From the NCBI GenBank assembly GCA_038087875.1, contig CM075981.1, positions 744,001-808,000 on the forward strand: 64,000 bases of DNA, written 5' to 3'. This DNA comes from Malacoraja senta. Its lineage: Eukaryota. The notes under the pieces are model-generated. The model saw nothing but the letters and a program-made list of their open reading frames with translations. It made no database searches and had not been told where the DNA came from. The stretch's first letter is position 1, and each line of letters starts with the position of its first letter. The position numbers and the translations under genes were made by a program. Positions 26,600 to 40,059 of the stretch are shown here, in pieces.

Positions 26600-27140
26600 A
26601 AGTTTAAACTGCGTACAGTTTTGGTCTCCAAATCTGAGGAAAGACATTCTTGCCATAGACGGAGTACAGAGAAGGTTCACCAGACTGATTCCTGGGATGT
26701 CAGGACTTTCATCTGAAGAAAGACTGGATAGACTCGGCTTGTACTCGCTAGAATTTAGAAGATTGAGGGGGGATCTTATAGAAACTTACACAATTATTAA
26801 GGGGTTGGACAGGTTAGATGCAGGAAGATTGTTCCCGATGTTGGGGAAGTCTAGGACAAGGGGTCACAGTTTAAGGATAAGGGGGAAATCTTTTAGGACC
26901 GAGATGAGAAAAACATTTTTCACACAGAGAGTGGTGAATCTCTGGAATTCTCTGCCACAGAAGGTAGTTGAGGCCAGTTCATTGGCTATATTTAAGAGGG
27001 AGTTAGATGTGGCCTTGTGGCTAAAGGGATCAGGTGGTATGGAGAGAAGGCAGGTACAGGATACTGAGTTGGATGATCAGCCATGATCATATTGAATGGC
27101 GGTGCAGGCTCGAAGGGCCGAATGGCCGACTCCTGCACCG
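26600..27140 (+). mobile_element. CR1 3' fragment, present only in the V1 copy of the tandem unit
   Basis: ORF 26697..27086 is the CR1 RT C-terminus; absent at the equivalent site near 30010. Confidence 0.85.
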
Positions 27141-28335
27141 TTGGGTTGTAAACTACCTGAGCGTCATATGAGGTGCATTTCCTCCAATTTGCGTGTGGCT
27201 TCACTCTGGCAATGGAGGAGGCCCAGGACAGAAAGGACTGTGAGGGAATGGGAAGGGACGTGGACAGGGTTGGCATCCGGGAGATCAAGAATGGTCCCGA
27301 CCCGAAAAGGACACCTATCCATTTTCTCCAGCGATTCTGCCTGACCCGCTGAGTTACTCCAGGACTTTGTGTCTGTCCATGTTCTCCAGAGATGCTGCCT
27401 GACCCTTTGAGTTACTCCAGCACATTGTGCCCATCTTTGTTTCTACAATTGAGTTATCATAACTGTCTTCTTCTTTCTTGATATAAATGCACCATCGTCA
27501 TTCTCTGGAGGACCCGCGCCTATCTTAGCCGTTTTCTTCCCATTTATATATCCAAAGAACATCCCACTCTTTCCTTAGACGTGACACTCAATTTTTCTCT
27601 CAAAACCAATCGTCCCCTTTATGGGGTTTTTAATCTTTCGCTGCTAGATCCTCAATACTTGCCAGTGGTGTAATTCTCGTCACTTTACGTGCCCTATTCT
27701 TCAATTTAACCTTCTCCTACATCTCCTGCATTGACGAGGTTGTCCCAGGAATAGGAATCCATGTATATCACGAGATGCTTTGAGCAGTGCTTGACCTCTC
27801 TGCTTCTATGTACTTTTTAGCAATTTGCACACGGCTCAGGTAACAATCTGGCGATTCTCATTCTTGTGGTTCTGCCTTGCCCGAGCTCCTCACAATCCTC
27901 CAGCAAAATGTCCTTCCCTGTCCGACCTGTGTGGTTGGAACTGATGTGGACCATGGGAGATCACCCTCCTACTCTAGGTTCTTCTGCAGCCCAGAAGGGA
28001 CATACTTAATTCTGGCATCAGGCAAGCAACACAACCTGTGGGACTCTGAACGGCATTAAAGAAACCAAGAAGTGCTAGCGACCATCTGGCGGCATCTCAA
28101 TGGGCGAGCCTCATGTTTAGATCAAGGGGATTGGTACATCTATGGTGACCCCCCCCCCCCCCCCCCCCGGAAAGATCCTTGCTCAAATCTCTGGATTGGG
28201 ATTCGAACCAAGAATCTCCCCACACAGAACAAGAGCGCTCCCAACTGAAGCATCTCCCACATATCACTAAAGTGGCACAGAACGTGCTTTTAAACATTTA
28301 ATGTTCAAAGACTTCATTCACTTTATCTTCACAAG

Positions 28336-28682
28336 GGTCTCAAACATGCCGCCCAGATATCCTCACCTCTTTGACGGGGCGGGGGGCGTCCACGGTGCTG
28401 CAGTGGTAAAGTTGTTGCCTTACAGTGCTAGTAGCGCCGGAGATCAGGGTTCGGTCCCGACTACCGGTGCTGTACGTTATCCCCGTGACCGCGTGGGTTT
28501 TCTATGAAATCTTTGGTTTCCTCACACACTCCAAAGATGTACAGGTACGTAAAGGGCCTGTCCCACTTGGGTGTCATTTGCGCGTCACGTGTGTGTCAAT
28601 ATCTCAAAACTAAACTAAAGTAAAGTAAAATATGATCACCACCACCTCAGGAACAATAAGAACAAGGGATTCCACCACAACC
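28336..28682 (+). pseudogene. Stalk exon after V1, interrupted by a SINE and truncated by CR1
   Basis: Acceptor ttcacaag|GG homologous to 44977; SINE at ~28360-28633; ITTTSGTIRTRDSTTT at 28634-28682, then CR1 sequence to 28813. Confidence 0.75.
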
Positions 28683-29249
28683 GAACAGCAATGGCAGGAA
28701 TTTCTGGGCATAATCCGGAAGACTCAGGATCATTTCATTCCAAAAAGGAAGAAAGATTCTAAGGGGAGAAGGAGGCAACCGTGGCTGACAAGAGAAGTTA
28801 GGGATAGAATAAACGAGACATGGCGGTGGGACATGGAGCCACGCCTACAGGGTAGGAGGATCTGGGCGCCAGGCAGATTCAGAAGCAGTTCTGCTTTCAC
28901 TGGAACTTGGGCAACAATCCCGGTGAAATGGGAATTAACACCAGCGGGAAAAGCATTAAAGTGCAACAGGATCTATGCAAATGAAGAGAGACACAAAATG
29001 CTGGAGTAACTCAGCGGGACGGGCAGCATCTCTGGAGAGAAGGAATGGGTGAGGGACATCACCCGATGGTTTCTCCAGGAATGCTGCCTGTCTTTGGTGT
29101 AAACCAGCACCTGCAGTTCCTTGCTGCACATGATCTATGCGAAACCATGAACCTGTCTGAACAGCACAAATGACATGTTTTTTTTATTGTTAAAACTGAG
29201 CTTCTGTTGCTGCAGTGTGAGTGATCTTTCATCATTAATGTGCCCACAG

Positions 29250-29573
29250 GGTCATGGGGAATAACTGGAGCCGAGGAGGTGAGGGGAGAGTTGGGGCAGT
29301 CGGTCACTGTGGAATGTCGGTATGGTCGGGAATACAGTGGCTACAGGAAACGTTGGAGTAAAGGTTATGATTACTCGACATCTTATACTGTGGTTTCTAC
29401 TGATCTCCCACGACAAGGGAGAACATCGATAACTGATAACAAAACACAACGGATAGTTTCAGTAACCATCGACAACCTGGAGAAGAGTGATGAAGGACGC
29501 TACTGGTGTTTGATAGAAACGGAAACATATTCACCCATTGAATCGGCCCCCATCTCATTGAAGGTTGCTGAAG
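29250..29573 (+). CDS. Ig V-set exon V2, CD300/pIgR-like
   Basis: 324 bp, phase 1/1, open; GQSVTVECRY..KRW..DEGRYWC. Confidence 0.9.
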
Positions 29574-31002
29574 GTACGTTGACGATCTCTCCTCACTCTC
29601 CCAGATGTGAACATTCCAGCCTGGGAATTCCGGCCTCGGGCCTGACGTGGAATCGGTGCCACATCCCCGGGGTCGGGGTGTTGGGGGGGGGGGCAACCTC
29701 CTTCACTGGGGTCCAGGCCCGTGGGGACCACACCAAGAGCCCACTGTCCCAGGAGCAGTATGGGGGGGGGGGGGGACTGTCAGACACCAGCCCCACGGAA
29801 GGTCCCAGCTACCGGCGGTTCTGCTGCTGAGGCTCATTTCCAGAAAGACGATCGCCCCGTGACTAGAACCTCTGCCGCCCCCTCACTGGGGCAGATGGGA
29901 GGGGGGTAAACCGGCCCCTCACCCACCAGGGCGGAGAAAGGGGCCTAGGGGGGCAGTGGAGGGGGCAGGTTAGTAGAAGATACTTAAAATGAGAGAATTC
30001 AAAGTTTAAAACGTTGGGTTGCAAACTACCTGAGCGTAATATGAGGTGCAGTTCCTCCAATTTGCGTGTGGCCTCGCTCTGACAATGGAGGAGGCCCAGG
30101 ACAGAAAGGTCAGTGTGGGAATGGGAAGGGACGTGGACAGGGTTGGCAACCGAGAGACCGAGAAGGGTCCCGATCCGAAAAGTTCACCTATCCATTTTCT
30201 CCAGCGATTCTGCCTGGTCCGCTGAGTTACTCCAGGACTTTGTGTCTGTCCATGTTCTCCAGAGATGCTGCCTGACCCTTTGAGTTACTCCAGCACTTTG
30301 TACCCATCTTTGTTTCTACAATTGAGTTAACATATCTGTCTTCTCCTTCTGTCTTGATATAAATGCATCAGCATCATTCTCTGGAGGACCCACGTATATC
30401 TTAGCCGACTTCTTCCCATTTATATATCCAAAGAACATCCCACTCTCTCCTTAGATGTGACACTCAATTTTTCTCGTAAAACCAATCGTCCCCTTTATGG
30501 GCTTTTTAATCTTTCGCTGCTGGATCCTCAATACTTGCCAGTTGTGTAATCCTCGTCACTTTGTGTGCCCTATTCTTCAATTTAACCTTCTCCTACATCT
30601 CCTGCATTGACGTGTGTTGTCCCAGGAATTGGAATTCATGTATTTCACGTGATGCTTTGAGCACTGCTTGACCTCTCTGCTTCTATTTATTTTTTAGTAA
30701 TTTGCACAAGGCTCAGGTAATAATCTGGCGATTCACATTCTTGTGGTTCTGCCTTGCCCCGAGCTCCTCATAATCCTCCAGCAAAATGTCCTTCCCTGTC
30801 CGACCTGTGTGGTTGGAACTGATGTGGACCATGGAAGATCACCCTCCTACTCCAGCTTCTGCAGCCCGGAAGGGACATACTTAATTCTGGCATCAGGCAA
30901 GCAACACAACCTGTGGGTCTCTGAACGGCACGAAAGAAACCTAGAAATGCTTGCGACCATCTGGCCCCGGGGATTTATCATCATTCACTTTATCTTCACA
31001 AG

Positions 31003-31355
31003 GGTCTCAAACATGCCGCCCAGATATCCTCACTACTTTGACGGGGGGGGGGGGGGGGGGGGGGGCGTCCACGTCGGTGCAGCGGTAAAGTTGCTGCCTT
31101 ACAGCGCTAGTAGCGCCGGAGATACGGGTTCGATCCCGATTACGGGTGCTGTACGTTATCCTCTGACCGCGTGGGTTTTCTCTGAAATCTATCCTCACAC
31201 ACTCCAAAGATGTACAGGTACGTAAAGGGCCTGTCCCACTTGGGTGTCATTTGCGCGTCACGTGTGTGTCAATATCTCAAAACTAAACTATAGTAAATTA
31301 AAATATGATCACCACCACCTCAGGAACAATAAGAACAAGGGATTCCACCACAACC
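31003..31355 (+). pseudogene. 5' part of the stalk exon after V2, with the same SINE insertion
   Basis: Acceptor at 31002/31003; SINE at ~31027-31306; Thr-rich coding remnant at 31307-31355. Confidence 0.75.
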
Positions 31356-33503
31356 GAACAGCAATAGCAGGAATTTCTAAGCATAATCCGGAAGACTCAT
31401 GATCATTTCATTCCAAAAAGGAAGAAAGATTCTAAGGGGAGTAGGAGGCAACCATGGCTGACAAGAGAAGTTAGGTATAGAATAAAACTAAAAGAAAAGA
31501 TGTGTAACGCAGCAAAGAGTAGCTGGAAGCTAGAGGATTGGGAAACAAGTTTCATACGACAATAGAAGGAAACAAAACGGGCAATACGGGCTGAAAAGAT
31601 GTACTACGAAGGGAAGCTGGCCAGGAATATAAAGAAGGACAGTAAAAGCTTCTCGAGATAGGTTAAGGGAAAAAATAATAGCAAAGTCAAATGTGGGTCC
31701 CGTGAAGGCAGACACGGGAGAAATTATTATGGGGAACAAGGAAATGGCAGAAGAGTTGAACAGGTATTTCGGATCTGCCTTCACTAAGGAAGACACAAAC
31801 AATCTCCCAGAATACTGGATGACAGAGGATGTAATGGGGTTCGAGGAACTGAGAGAAGTTTTCATTCGGCGAGAAATATTATTCAGTAGGTTAGTGGGAC
31901 TGAAGGATGATAAATCCCCTGGGCCTGATGGACTGCATCCCAGGGTCCTCAGGGAGGTGGCTCTAGAAATAGTGGACGCATTGGTGATCATTTTCCAATG
32001 TTCAATAGATTCAGGATCTGTTCCTGTGGATTGGAGGATAGCTAATGTTATCCCACTTTCAAGAAAGGAGCGAGAGAGAGAAAGCGGGTAATTACAGACC
32101 AGTTAGCCTGACTTCGGTGGTGGGAAAGATGCTGGAGTCAATTATTAAAGAGGTAATAATGGGGCATTTGGATAGCAGTAAAAGGATTAGTCCAAGTCAA
32201 CATGGATTTATGAAAGGGAAATCATGCTTGACTAATCTTCTGGAATTTTTTGAGGATGTGACAAGTAAAATGGATGAAGGGGTGCCAGTGGATGTAGTGT
32301 ATCTAAACTTTCAGAAAGACTTTGATAAGGTCCCGCATGGGAGACTGGTGACTAAAATTAGAGCACATGGTATTGGGGGTAGGGTGTTGACATGGATAGA
32401 AAATTGGTTGGCAGACCAGAAGCAAAGAGTAGGAGTGAACGGGTCCTTTTCAGAATGGCAGGCAGTGGTGAGTGGAGTGCCACAAGGTTCGGTGTTGGGG
32501 CCGCAACGGTTTACCATATATATTAATGATTTGGAAGAGGGAATTAGGAGCAACACTAGCAAGTTTGTGGATGACACAAAGCTGGGTGGCAGTGTGAACT
32601 GTGAAGAGGATGTTAGGAGGTTGTAGTGTGACCTGGACAGGTTGAGTGAGTGGGCAGATGCATGGCAGATGCAGTATAATATAGATAAATGTGAGGTTAT
32701 CCACTTTAGCGGCAAAAACAAGGGGACAGATTATTATCTCAATGGGGTTAGGGTAGGTAAAGGGGAGGTGCAGCGAGACCTGGGCGTCCTTGTACACCGG
32801 TCACTGAAAGTTGGCTTACAGGTACAGCAGGCAGTGAAGAAAGCTAATGGAATGTTGGCCTTCATAACAAGAGGATTTCAGTATAGGAGTAAAGAGGTTC
32901 TTCTGCAGTTGTATAGTGCTCTGGTGAGACTACATCTGGAGTATTGTGTACAGTTTTGGTCTCCTAATTTGAGGAAGGACATCCTTGTGATTGAGGCAGT
33001 GCAGCGTAGGTTCACGAGATTGATCCCTGGGATGGCGGGACTGTCATATGAGGAAAGATTGAAAAGACTAGGCTTGTATTCACTGGAGTTTAGAAGGGTG
33101 AGGGGGGATCTTATAAAAACATATAAAATTATAAAAGGACTGGACAAGCTAGATGAAGGAAAAATGTTCCCAATGTTGGGTGAGTCCAGAACCAGGGGCC
33201 ATAGTCTTAGAATAAAGGGGAGGCCATTTAAGACTGTGAGAAAAAACTTTTTCACCCAGAGAGTTGTGAATTTGTGGAATTCCCTGCCACAGAGGGCAGT
33301 GGAGGCCAATTACTGGATGGATTTAAGAGAGTTAGATAGAGTTCTAGGGGCTAGTGGAATCCAGGGATATGGGGAGAAGGCAGGCACGGATTATTGATTG
33401 GGGACGATCAGCCATGATCACAATGAATAGCAGTGCTGGGTCAAATGGCCAAATGGCCTCCTCCTGCACCAATTTTCCATGTTTCTATGTTTCTATGTTT
33501 CTA
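31356..33503 (+). mobile_element. 5'-truncated CR1 LINE inserted within the stalk exon
   Basis: RT pieces 31693..32091, 32045..32626 and 32642..33397; (TGTTTCTA)n tail ending at 33503; stalk coding sequence resumes immediately afterwards. Confidence 0.9.
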
Positions 33504-33580
33504 AACACTCTGCCTCCGGAAGCATCGACCACCAGGGAAGCAACATCCACTGAGATTCCGGGCTCATCGCCTCGATACAG
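33504..33580 (+). CDS. 3' part of the gene A stalk exon (NTLPPEASTTREATSTEIPGSSPRY-R) with intact phase-2 donor
   Basis: Homologous to TTLPQDAPTTKEASSTESHGSILPS-R of gene B; donor CAG|GTCAGT. Confidence 0.7.
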
Positions 33581-34589
33581 GTCAGTGACTCAAAATACCA
33601 ACACAGCCTTGCACAGCTTCACCACAGTGTTAACGGCTGAAGCAAGCAGCCCATGATTAACAAGAAGGATAAATACAATCAGCGAGTTTACTGGCGATCG
33701 CCGTGGGTTATTGTTACTTACTATATCACAGCAGATATTCCCTCCCTCACACATTGGTCAAAAATCATCTTTGTTCCAATCTCCACAGCCTGATCTTCCT
33801 CTCCTGGTGCTGTCCTGGAAGAGTACAGACCAGGTGGCCTTTGCTACATCGGGACAAGGCAGCATTCCTGCTGCCGGACCCGCTGAGTTACTCTAGCATT
33901 TTGTGACTATCTACAACCTTTCTCAGTTGTGAAAGTTTCAGTAGAGGGGAAACGTATCCTGTTGTCGGTAAAATCAGTCCCATTACTTTGAGAAAGCATG
34001 GCTGATCACATTCCAGTCCATTGATAATACTCCTTGGCCCCTGACTAAAGTCACTCTGTCCTTAGTACACCCAGTGGCCCTACCATTGTGAATGCCTACC
34101 CTTATTTGATACCAAAAAGAAATAACTTCACACTTATCACGGTTCAATACCTGCTAGCATTGCTCTGCCCAACATACCAGTTGCTTCTTATCCCTCTGTG
34201 GTCTATGATTATCGTACTTTCCAAAATGATAAAATTTTGGTGTAATCTGTAAACCCGTTAATCATACTTCCAACATTAACATCTAAGGCCGGCAGATGGG
34301 ACTAGTGTAGATAAAGGCATCTTGGTCGGCGTGGTGAAATTGGGTCAAAGGACATGTTTTCGTGCTCTATGTCTGACCACCAACATGAACATCTATGTTG
34401 TTAAAGTATGTAGTCATGGAACACCTCCAAGGAATGGGTGCATGTTGCGATATAAACATCTCACCAATGTCTACGCCACAACCTTGGATCACACTGAATG
34501 ATTCCGTGTGCAATATGATGAAAAAAAATTCCCAGCGTTGATCTGAGATAACTCTGTGTGGAAGTAATAATATTTCCTTGGATTTCCAG

Positions 34590-34701
34590 GGACATCATGT
34601 TGAATGTTCGCCGTGTTTGGGGTGTGTTACGCTGGGTACTCTTTGGAGTTCTGCTTCTCTTCCCGGTTTCCATCAGCTGTGTGACAACTTTTAAAAGGTA
34701 A
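34590..34701 (+). CDS. Activating-type transmembrane exon (DIMLNVRRVWGVLRWVLFGVLLLFPVSISCVTTFKR*)
   Basis: Acceptor gatttccag|G in phase 2, matching the stalk donor; Arg in the N-terminal third of the TM; stop TAA at 34699-34701 if the overlapping GT is not used as a donor. Confidence 0.8.
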
Positions 34702-34795
34702 ATGTTTGCAATCTCTTCACTCTGGTGTTCACATTAAATTCAATTGGAAATGATGGGAATTTACTTTAGAATTATGGAGATAAAGTGTGGACATA

Positions 34796-36359
34796 CAGTG
34801 CCCTCCATAATGTTTGGGACAAAGACCCTTCATTTATTTATTTGCCTCTGTATTCCACAATTTGAGATTTGTAATAGAAAAAAAATCACATGTGGTTAAA
34901 GTGCACATTGTCAGATTTTATTAAAGGGTATTTTTATACATCTTGGTTTCACCATGTAGAAATTACAGCTGTGTTTATACATAGACCCCCCATTTCAGGG
35001 CACCATAATGTTTGGGACACATGGCTTCACAGGTGTTTGTACTTGCTCAGGTGTGTTTAATTGCCTCCTTAATGCAGGTATAAGAACGCTCTCCGCACCT
35101 AGTCTTTCCTCCAGTCTTTCGATCACCTTTGGAAACTTTTATTGCTGTTTATCAACATGAGGTCCAAAGTTGTGCCAATGAAAGTCAAAGAAGCCATTAT
35201 GAGACTGAGAAACAAGAATAAAACTGTTAGAAACATCAGCCAAACATTAGGCTTACCAAAATCAACTGTTTGGAACATCATTATGAAGAAAGAGAGTACT
35301 GGTGAGCTTACTAATCGCAAAGGGACTGGCAGGCCAAGGAAGACCTCCACAGCTGATGACAGAAGAATTCTCTCTATAATAGAGAAAAAAAACACTCTTC
35401 AGGTGTCAGGTGTGGATTTGTCAATGACCACTGTCCGCAGAAGACTTCATGAACAGAAATACAGAGGCTCCACTGCAAGATGCAAACCACTGGTTAGCCA
35501 CAAAAATAGGATGGCCGGGTTACAGTTTGCCACAAAGTACTTAATAGAGCAACCACTGATCTGGAAAACGATCTTGTGGACAGATGAGACGAAGATTAAC
35601 TTTTTTCAGATTAATGGCATGAGCAAAGTATGGAGAAGAGGAGGAACTGCCCAAGATCCAAAGCATACCACCTCATCTGTGAAACACGGTGGTGGGGGTG
35701 TTATGGCCTGGGCATGTATGGCTGCTGAAGGTACTGACTAACTTATCTTCATTGATAAGTGAGTCAGTACCTTCAAATGCTTCAAAACCCATAGGCTGAC
35801 AGTTCATTCTGCAGCAAGACAATGATTCCAAACATATTGCAAAAGCAACAAAGGAATTTGTCAAAGCTAAAAAATGGTAAATTCTTGAGTGGCCAAGTCA
35901 TTCTGAACCCAATTGAGCATGCCGTTAAGATGCTGAAGAGAAAACTGAAGGTGACTCTCCCCCAAAACAAACATAATCTAACGATGGCTGCAATACAAGC
36001 CTGGCAGAGCATCACCAGAGAAGACACCCAACAACTGATGATGTCCATGAATCGCAGACTTCAAGCAGTCATTGCATGCAAAGGATATGCAACAAAATAC
36101 TAAACATGACTACTTTCATTTACATGACATTGCTGTGTCCCAAACATTATGGTGCCCTGAAATGGGGGGACTATGTATAAACACTGCTATAATTTCTACA
36201 TGGTGAAACCAAAATATATAAACATGGCCTTTCCTAAAATCTGACAATGTGCTCATTAACCACATGTGATTTTTTTCTATTACAAATCTCAAATTGTGGA
36301 GTACAGGGGCAAATAAAATAAATGATGGGTCTTTGTCCCAAACATTATGGAGGGCAATG
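34796..36359 (+). mobile_element. Tc1-like DNA transposon, degenerate transposase, long IR/DR-type TIRs
   Basis: TA|CAGTGCCCTCCATAATGTTTGGGAC...GGAGGGCAATG|TA; WTDETK, QQDND and NPIEH motifs in ORFs 35142..35741 and 35822..36103. Confidence 0.93.
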
Positions 36360-36659
36360 TAGGCCCCACAGCCAACCAAGTCCACGCCGAAGAATGATCA
36401 CCCCGTACACTCACACTATCCTACACACGAGGGACAATTTACAATTATACAGAGGCCAATTAACCTAGAAAACTACACGTCTTTAGATTGTGGGGGAAAC
36501 CGAAGCACCCAGAGAAAACCCACGCTGTCACAGACAGAACATACAAACTCCGTACAGACAGCACCCGTAGTCATGATCAAACCCTGGTCTCTGGCGCTGT
36601 AAGGCAGCAACTCTACCGCTGCGCCACTGTGCCGCCCTGGGTCATTTCCTGGGATAAAA

Positions 36660-37054
36660 TTTGATGGGAGAGATTATAAATTGTGTTTTAATTGTTATTC
36701 AAGGAAAAAAACAGCCGAGACCTTGGAGATGGGGTCGGCAGCGGTGGAGGGAGGAGAGGAACAGCGCCGGTGAGCTGGCTGGGTGGGGCCTCACCTCGCA
36801 TGGAGACGGCCGTGGGAGGCGAGGTGTGGTTGGTCGAGGTGTGTGCGGAGTGCGAGTGGGCTGCTGGAGGCCCTGTAGCAGCTGATGGATCGGGTTCCGC
36901 TGGAGGCCCCACAGAGGTCGGGGACGAGCGCGCGGATCGGACACGTCCTGTAGCGGCACAGAGCGGCGGTGGAGGCACCAACAACATCGCCAGGCCAGGC
37001 CGAACCCTGCAACTCCCACCCAGTGCCGTCTCCACGACAGCGGGCCTTTAAGCC
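36660..37054. repeat. Unclassified GC-rich block, duplicated at 61900-62301
   Basis: Close sequence match between the two copies; no coherent protein in any frame. Confidence 0.5.
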
Positions 37055-40000
37055 CAAAATAAGACTACTTTTTTACCAATTTGATCTTTTAGAATATAAG
37101 ATACTGCCAGAAATCTGGCAACTCTTGTGCACTGTATCATATAATCTGCTATTAATACTCTTGTTCTTAGATTCGGCTGTGCTTATATAAAGTAAGATTT
37201 TTACTGAATTGTATGCAAAGGAAATTTCACTGTACCCATGTACATGAGACAATAAAGTACCATTGAACCATTGAGCAATGGGGATATAAAAACGGTTAAA
37301 TGATTACAAGTATTGAACTGTGGACACGCGGTAGAAGGATAAGATAAAAAATTAAGAGTAATCTTTATATCAATATTGTTATTCTGATGGAATGACGCTC
37401 AATAATCATTTTTTAGCTTTTCAGGGCCAGAGAGTGTGTTCACCAGTTGGAGATGTACAAATCTCATCACCTTGACCCTACAGCATCACCACACCCCACC
37501 AATGTCCTTTCTAACTTGACCGCTTGAGGAGGAATTTCTTTAGTCAGAGGGTGATGAATCTGTGGACTTCATTGCCACAGACGGCTGTGGAGGCCAAGTC
37601 AATGGATATTTTTAAATTGGAGATTGACAGGTTTACTCAGGGTGTCAAACGTTGTGGGAAGAAGGCAGGAGAATGGGATGGAGTGGAGTGGGAAAGATAG
37701 ATCATCCATGATTGAATGGCGGAGTAGACTCGATGGAGCAAATGGCCGAATTCTGTACCTATGTTTGCAGACACGTCTGACATCCTGACATTCACCCAAA
37801 AGACAGCAGTACGTAGACTAGAACTCAAAGCTGGCTCTCCAGAATGTGAACTTTTAACTTTACTACCAATTGAATTGTTGTGTAAAACCCTGCACATTGA
37901 ATAATGATTAAAATAATCCAATGTAATAAAAGATGGCTGAATTTTTGTCATAAGGCCATTAGTGATAAGAGTAGAATTAGGCTGACCATTGATCACCTGT
38001 ACACACTATGTTTAAGAAGGAACTCCAGATGCTGGAAAAGCGAATGTGGACAAAAACACTGAGTTTCTCCAGCATTTTTGTCTACCTGTACACACTAGTT
38101 CTGTTATCCCACTTTCTCATCCATTCCCTACACATTTGCGACAATCTTGCAGAGGTATTTAACCTACAAACTCGCATGGATTAGGGATGTGGGAGGAAAC
38201 CGGAGCACCTGGAGGAAACCCACGAGGTCACAGGGAGAACGTTCAAATTCCACACAGACAGCACCCGTAGTGAGGATCGAACCCGGGTCTCTGGCGCTGT
38301 GAGGCAGCAGCTAACCGCTGCACCACCGTGCCACACTGAAGAGAGAAGGAGCAGGCTTGCGAGAGCAGAGAGCAGAGCAGCAGGTCGGCTAAATGCCTCA
38401 TCAGAGTGACAGCACCTCCAGCAAATTTAGACACAGCGCTGAGGACAAACGGAATCAAGGGATATGGGGATAAAGCAGGAACTGGGTACTGATTTAGGTT
38501 GATCAGCCATGATCATATTGAATGGCGATGCTGGTTCGAAGGGCCGAATGGCCTACTCCTGCGCCTAGTTTCTATGCTTCTATGTTTCCTATGCGGAGCT
38601 CCCTCAGTACAGCTCTCCCTCCGTGCTTGGCATTCTGGAGTGGGAACTGAACCAACATCTCTCTGACTCACTCAATAGTTTTCACCCACTGAGCTTACAC
38701 TGCAGAACCCAACACTGGTCCTTGGTGTGGCTCGGTTAGTGTGGCAAAGTCACACAGGACTCCTGCTAGAAACAGTGTGGGAAATGTTGAACCTAGACCA
38801 CAGATCAAACATAGAAAAAACATGTGAAACCCAACCGCTTCTGAAATGAGGAAGCACCACGATGACTTTTCATTTTTGCATTCAAGGAATCTGTGGCAAC
38901 CTCTTTAGTTTAGCCTATTATAGTTACTTGTACCGAGGTGGAGTGAAAAGCTTTTCTATTGAATGCTATCCAGTCAGCGAAAACACTATACACGATTACA
39001 ATCAAGCCATCCACAGGGTCCAGGTACAGGATAAAGGGAATAATATTCAGTGCAAGATAGAGTCTAGTAAAATCTGATTAAAGATAGTCCCAAGGTCTCG
39101 AATGGGGTAGTTGGGAGGTATGGACCACTCTGAAGGGTCCCATCCCGAAATGGTACCCATCCTTTTTCTCCAGAGAAGCTGCTTGACCCGCTGAGATGCT
39201 CCAGCACTTTGTGCCGATCTTTGATCTAAACCAGTATCTGCAGTTCCTTGTTTCTTCATTTCCACCCTTGCTGTCTTGTGTGCATCTAATATGGACACAA
39301 CAAGCTCCCTTTAATAAACAACAACTATCCTACAGATTACTTTGGTGTCCTTGGTTGATGGGATACCTCTTGCCCCAGAACAAGGAGATCCTCCACTATC
39401 CTGCTGTGAACCATTATAGAATTATATTTAGCCACGGGCCTCACTGTACTGGGTGAGGTGCTAATGATAAATTGCTCAACACTCGATAGTTTCAGTAGAG
39501 ACTTCCATCAACGATTGTTGTCGTGTTGTGTGCAGCCAAATTGCACACAGCTAGCTCCCTGTAGAGAAGGGAGATAACTACCTACAGCTTGCCTTGTTGA
39601 TCTTGGTTTGCACGGATAACTCTTGCCCCCAGAACAAGGAGTCTCTCCACTATTCTGGTGCAAACTATCTCCAGGTAACCTTTCTCAGTGACTTGAGTCA
39701 AAGCAGACAGCAGATCAGCTAAATGCCTCGTCAAAGTGACTTCACCTCCAGCAGTGGCATGCTCCATCAGTACTGCACTCCCTCAGTCCTCGAGCTTCAG
39801 GAGTGGGAGTTGTACCAACAACTCTCTGACATTTAAAAAAAAAAAATTCAATATATACTTTATTCGAGAAATAAATATATACAATACATGATCCTTACAA
39901 AACTCCATCCGACATTCTCGGAGGTTATACATACGTTCAATACTGTTTGCACAAATTACACAAATTTACCCCACACATCGCCACTCATGTGGACCACTGG

Positions 40001-40059
40001 TGTGGAATACCTTCCCTTATTTTGAACGGCATCTCCACCACACCCTGCCACAAGCTGAA

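Noticed and set aside
27400-27830. Unique-looking intronic block shared by the V1 and V2 units (and 30300-30720)
   Set aside because: The minus strand translates to a degenerate CR1 ORF2 linker (FFGYINGKK..GP), so it is an old LINE remnant.
33789-33833. Possible extra phase 2/2 exon (LIFLSWCCPGRVQT) between the stalk and the activating TM
   Set aside because: Weak donor (GTGGCC), no counterpart in gene B or the duplicate, and not needed for frame.
36688-37057. Multiple overlapping ORFs in the GC-rich block (and 61897..62408)
   Set aside because: They are stop-poor because of GC content, open in several frames at once, and indels between the two copies break the frames.
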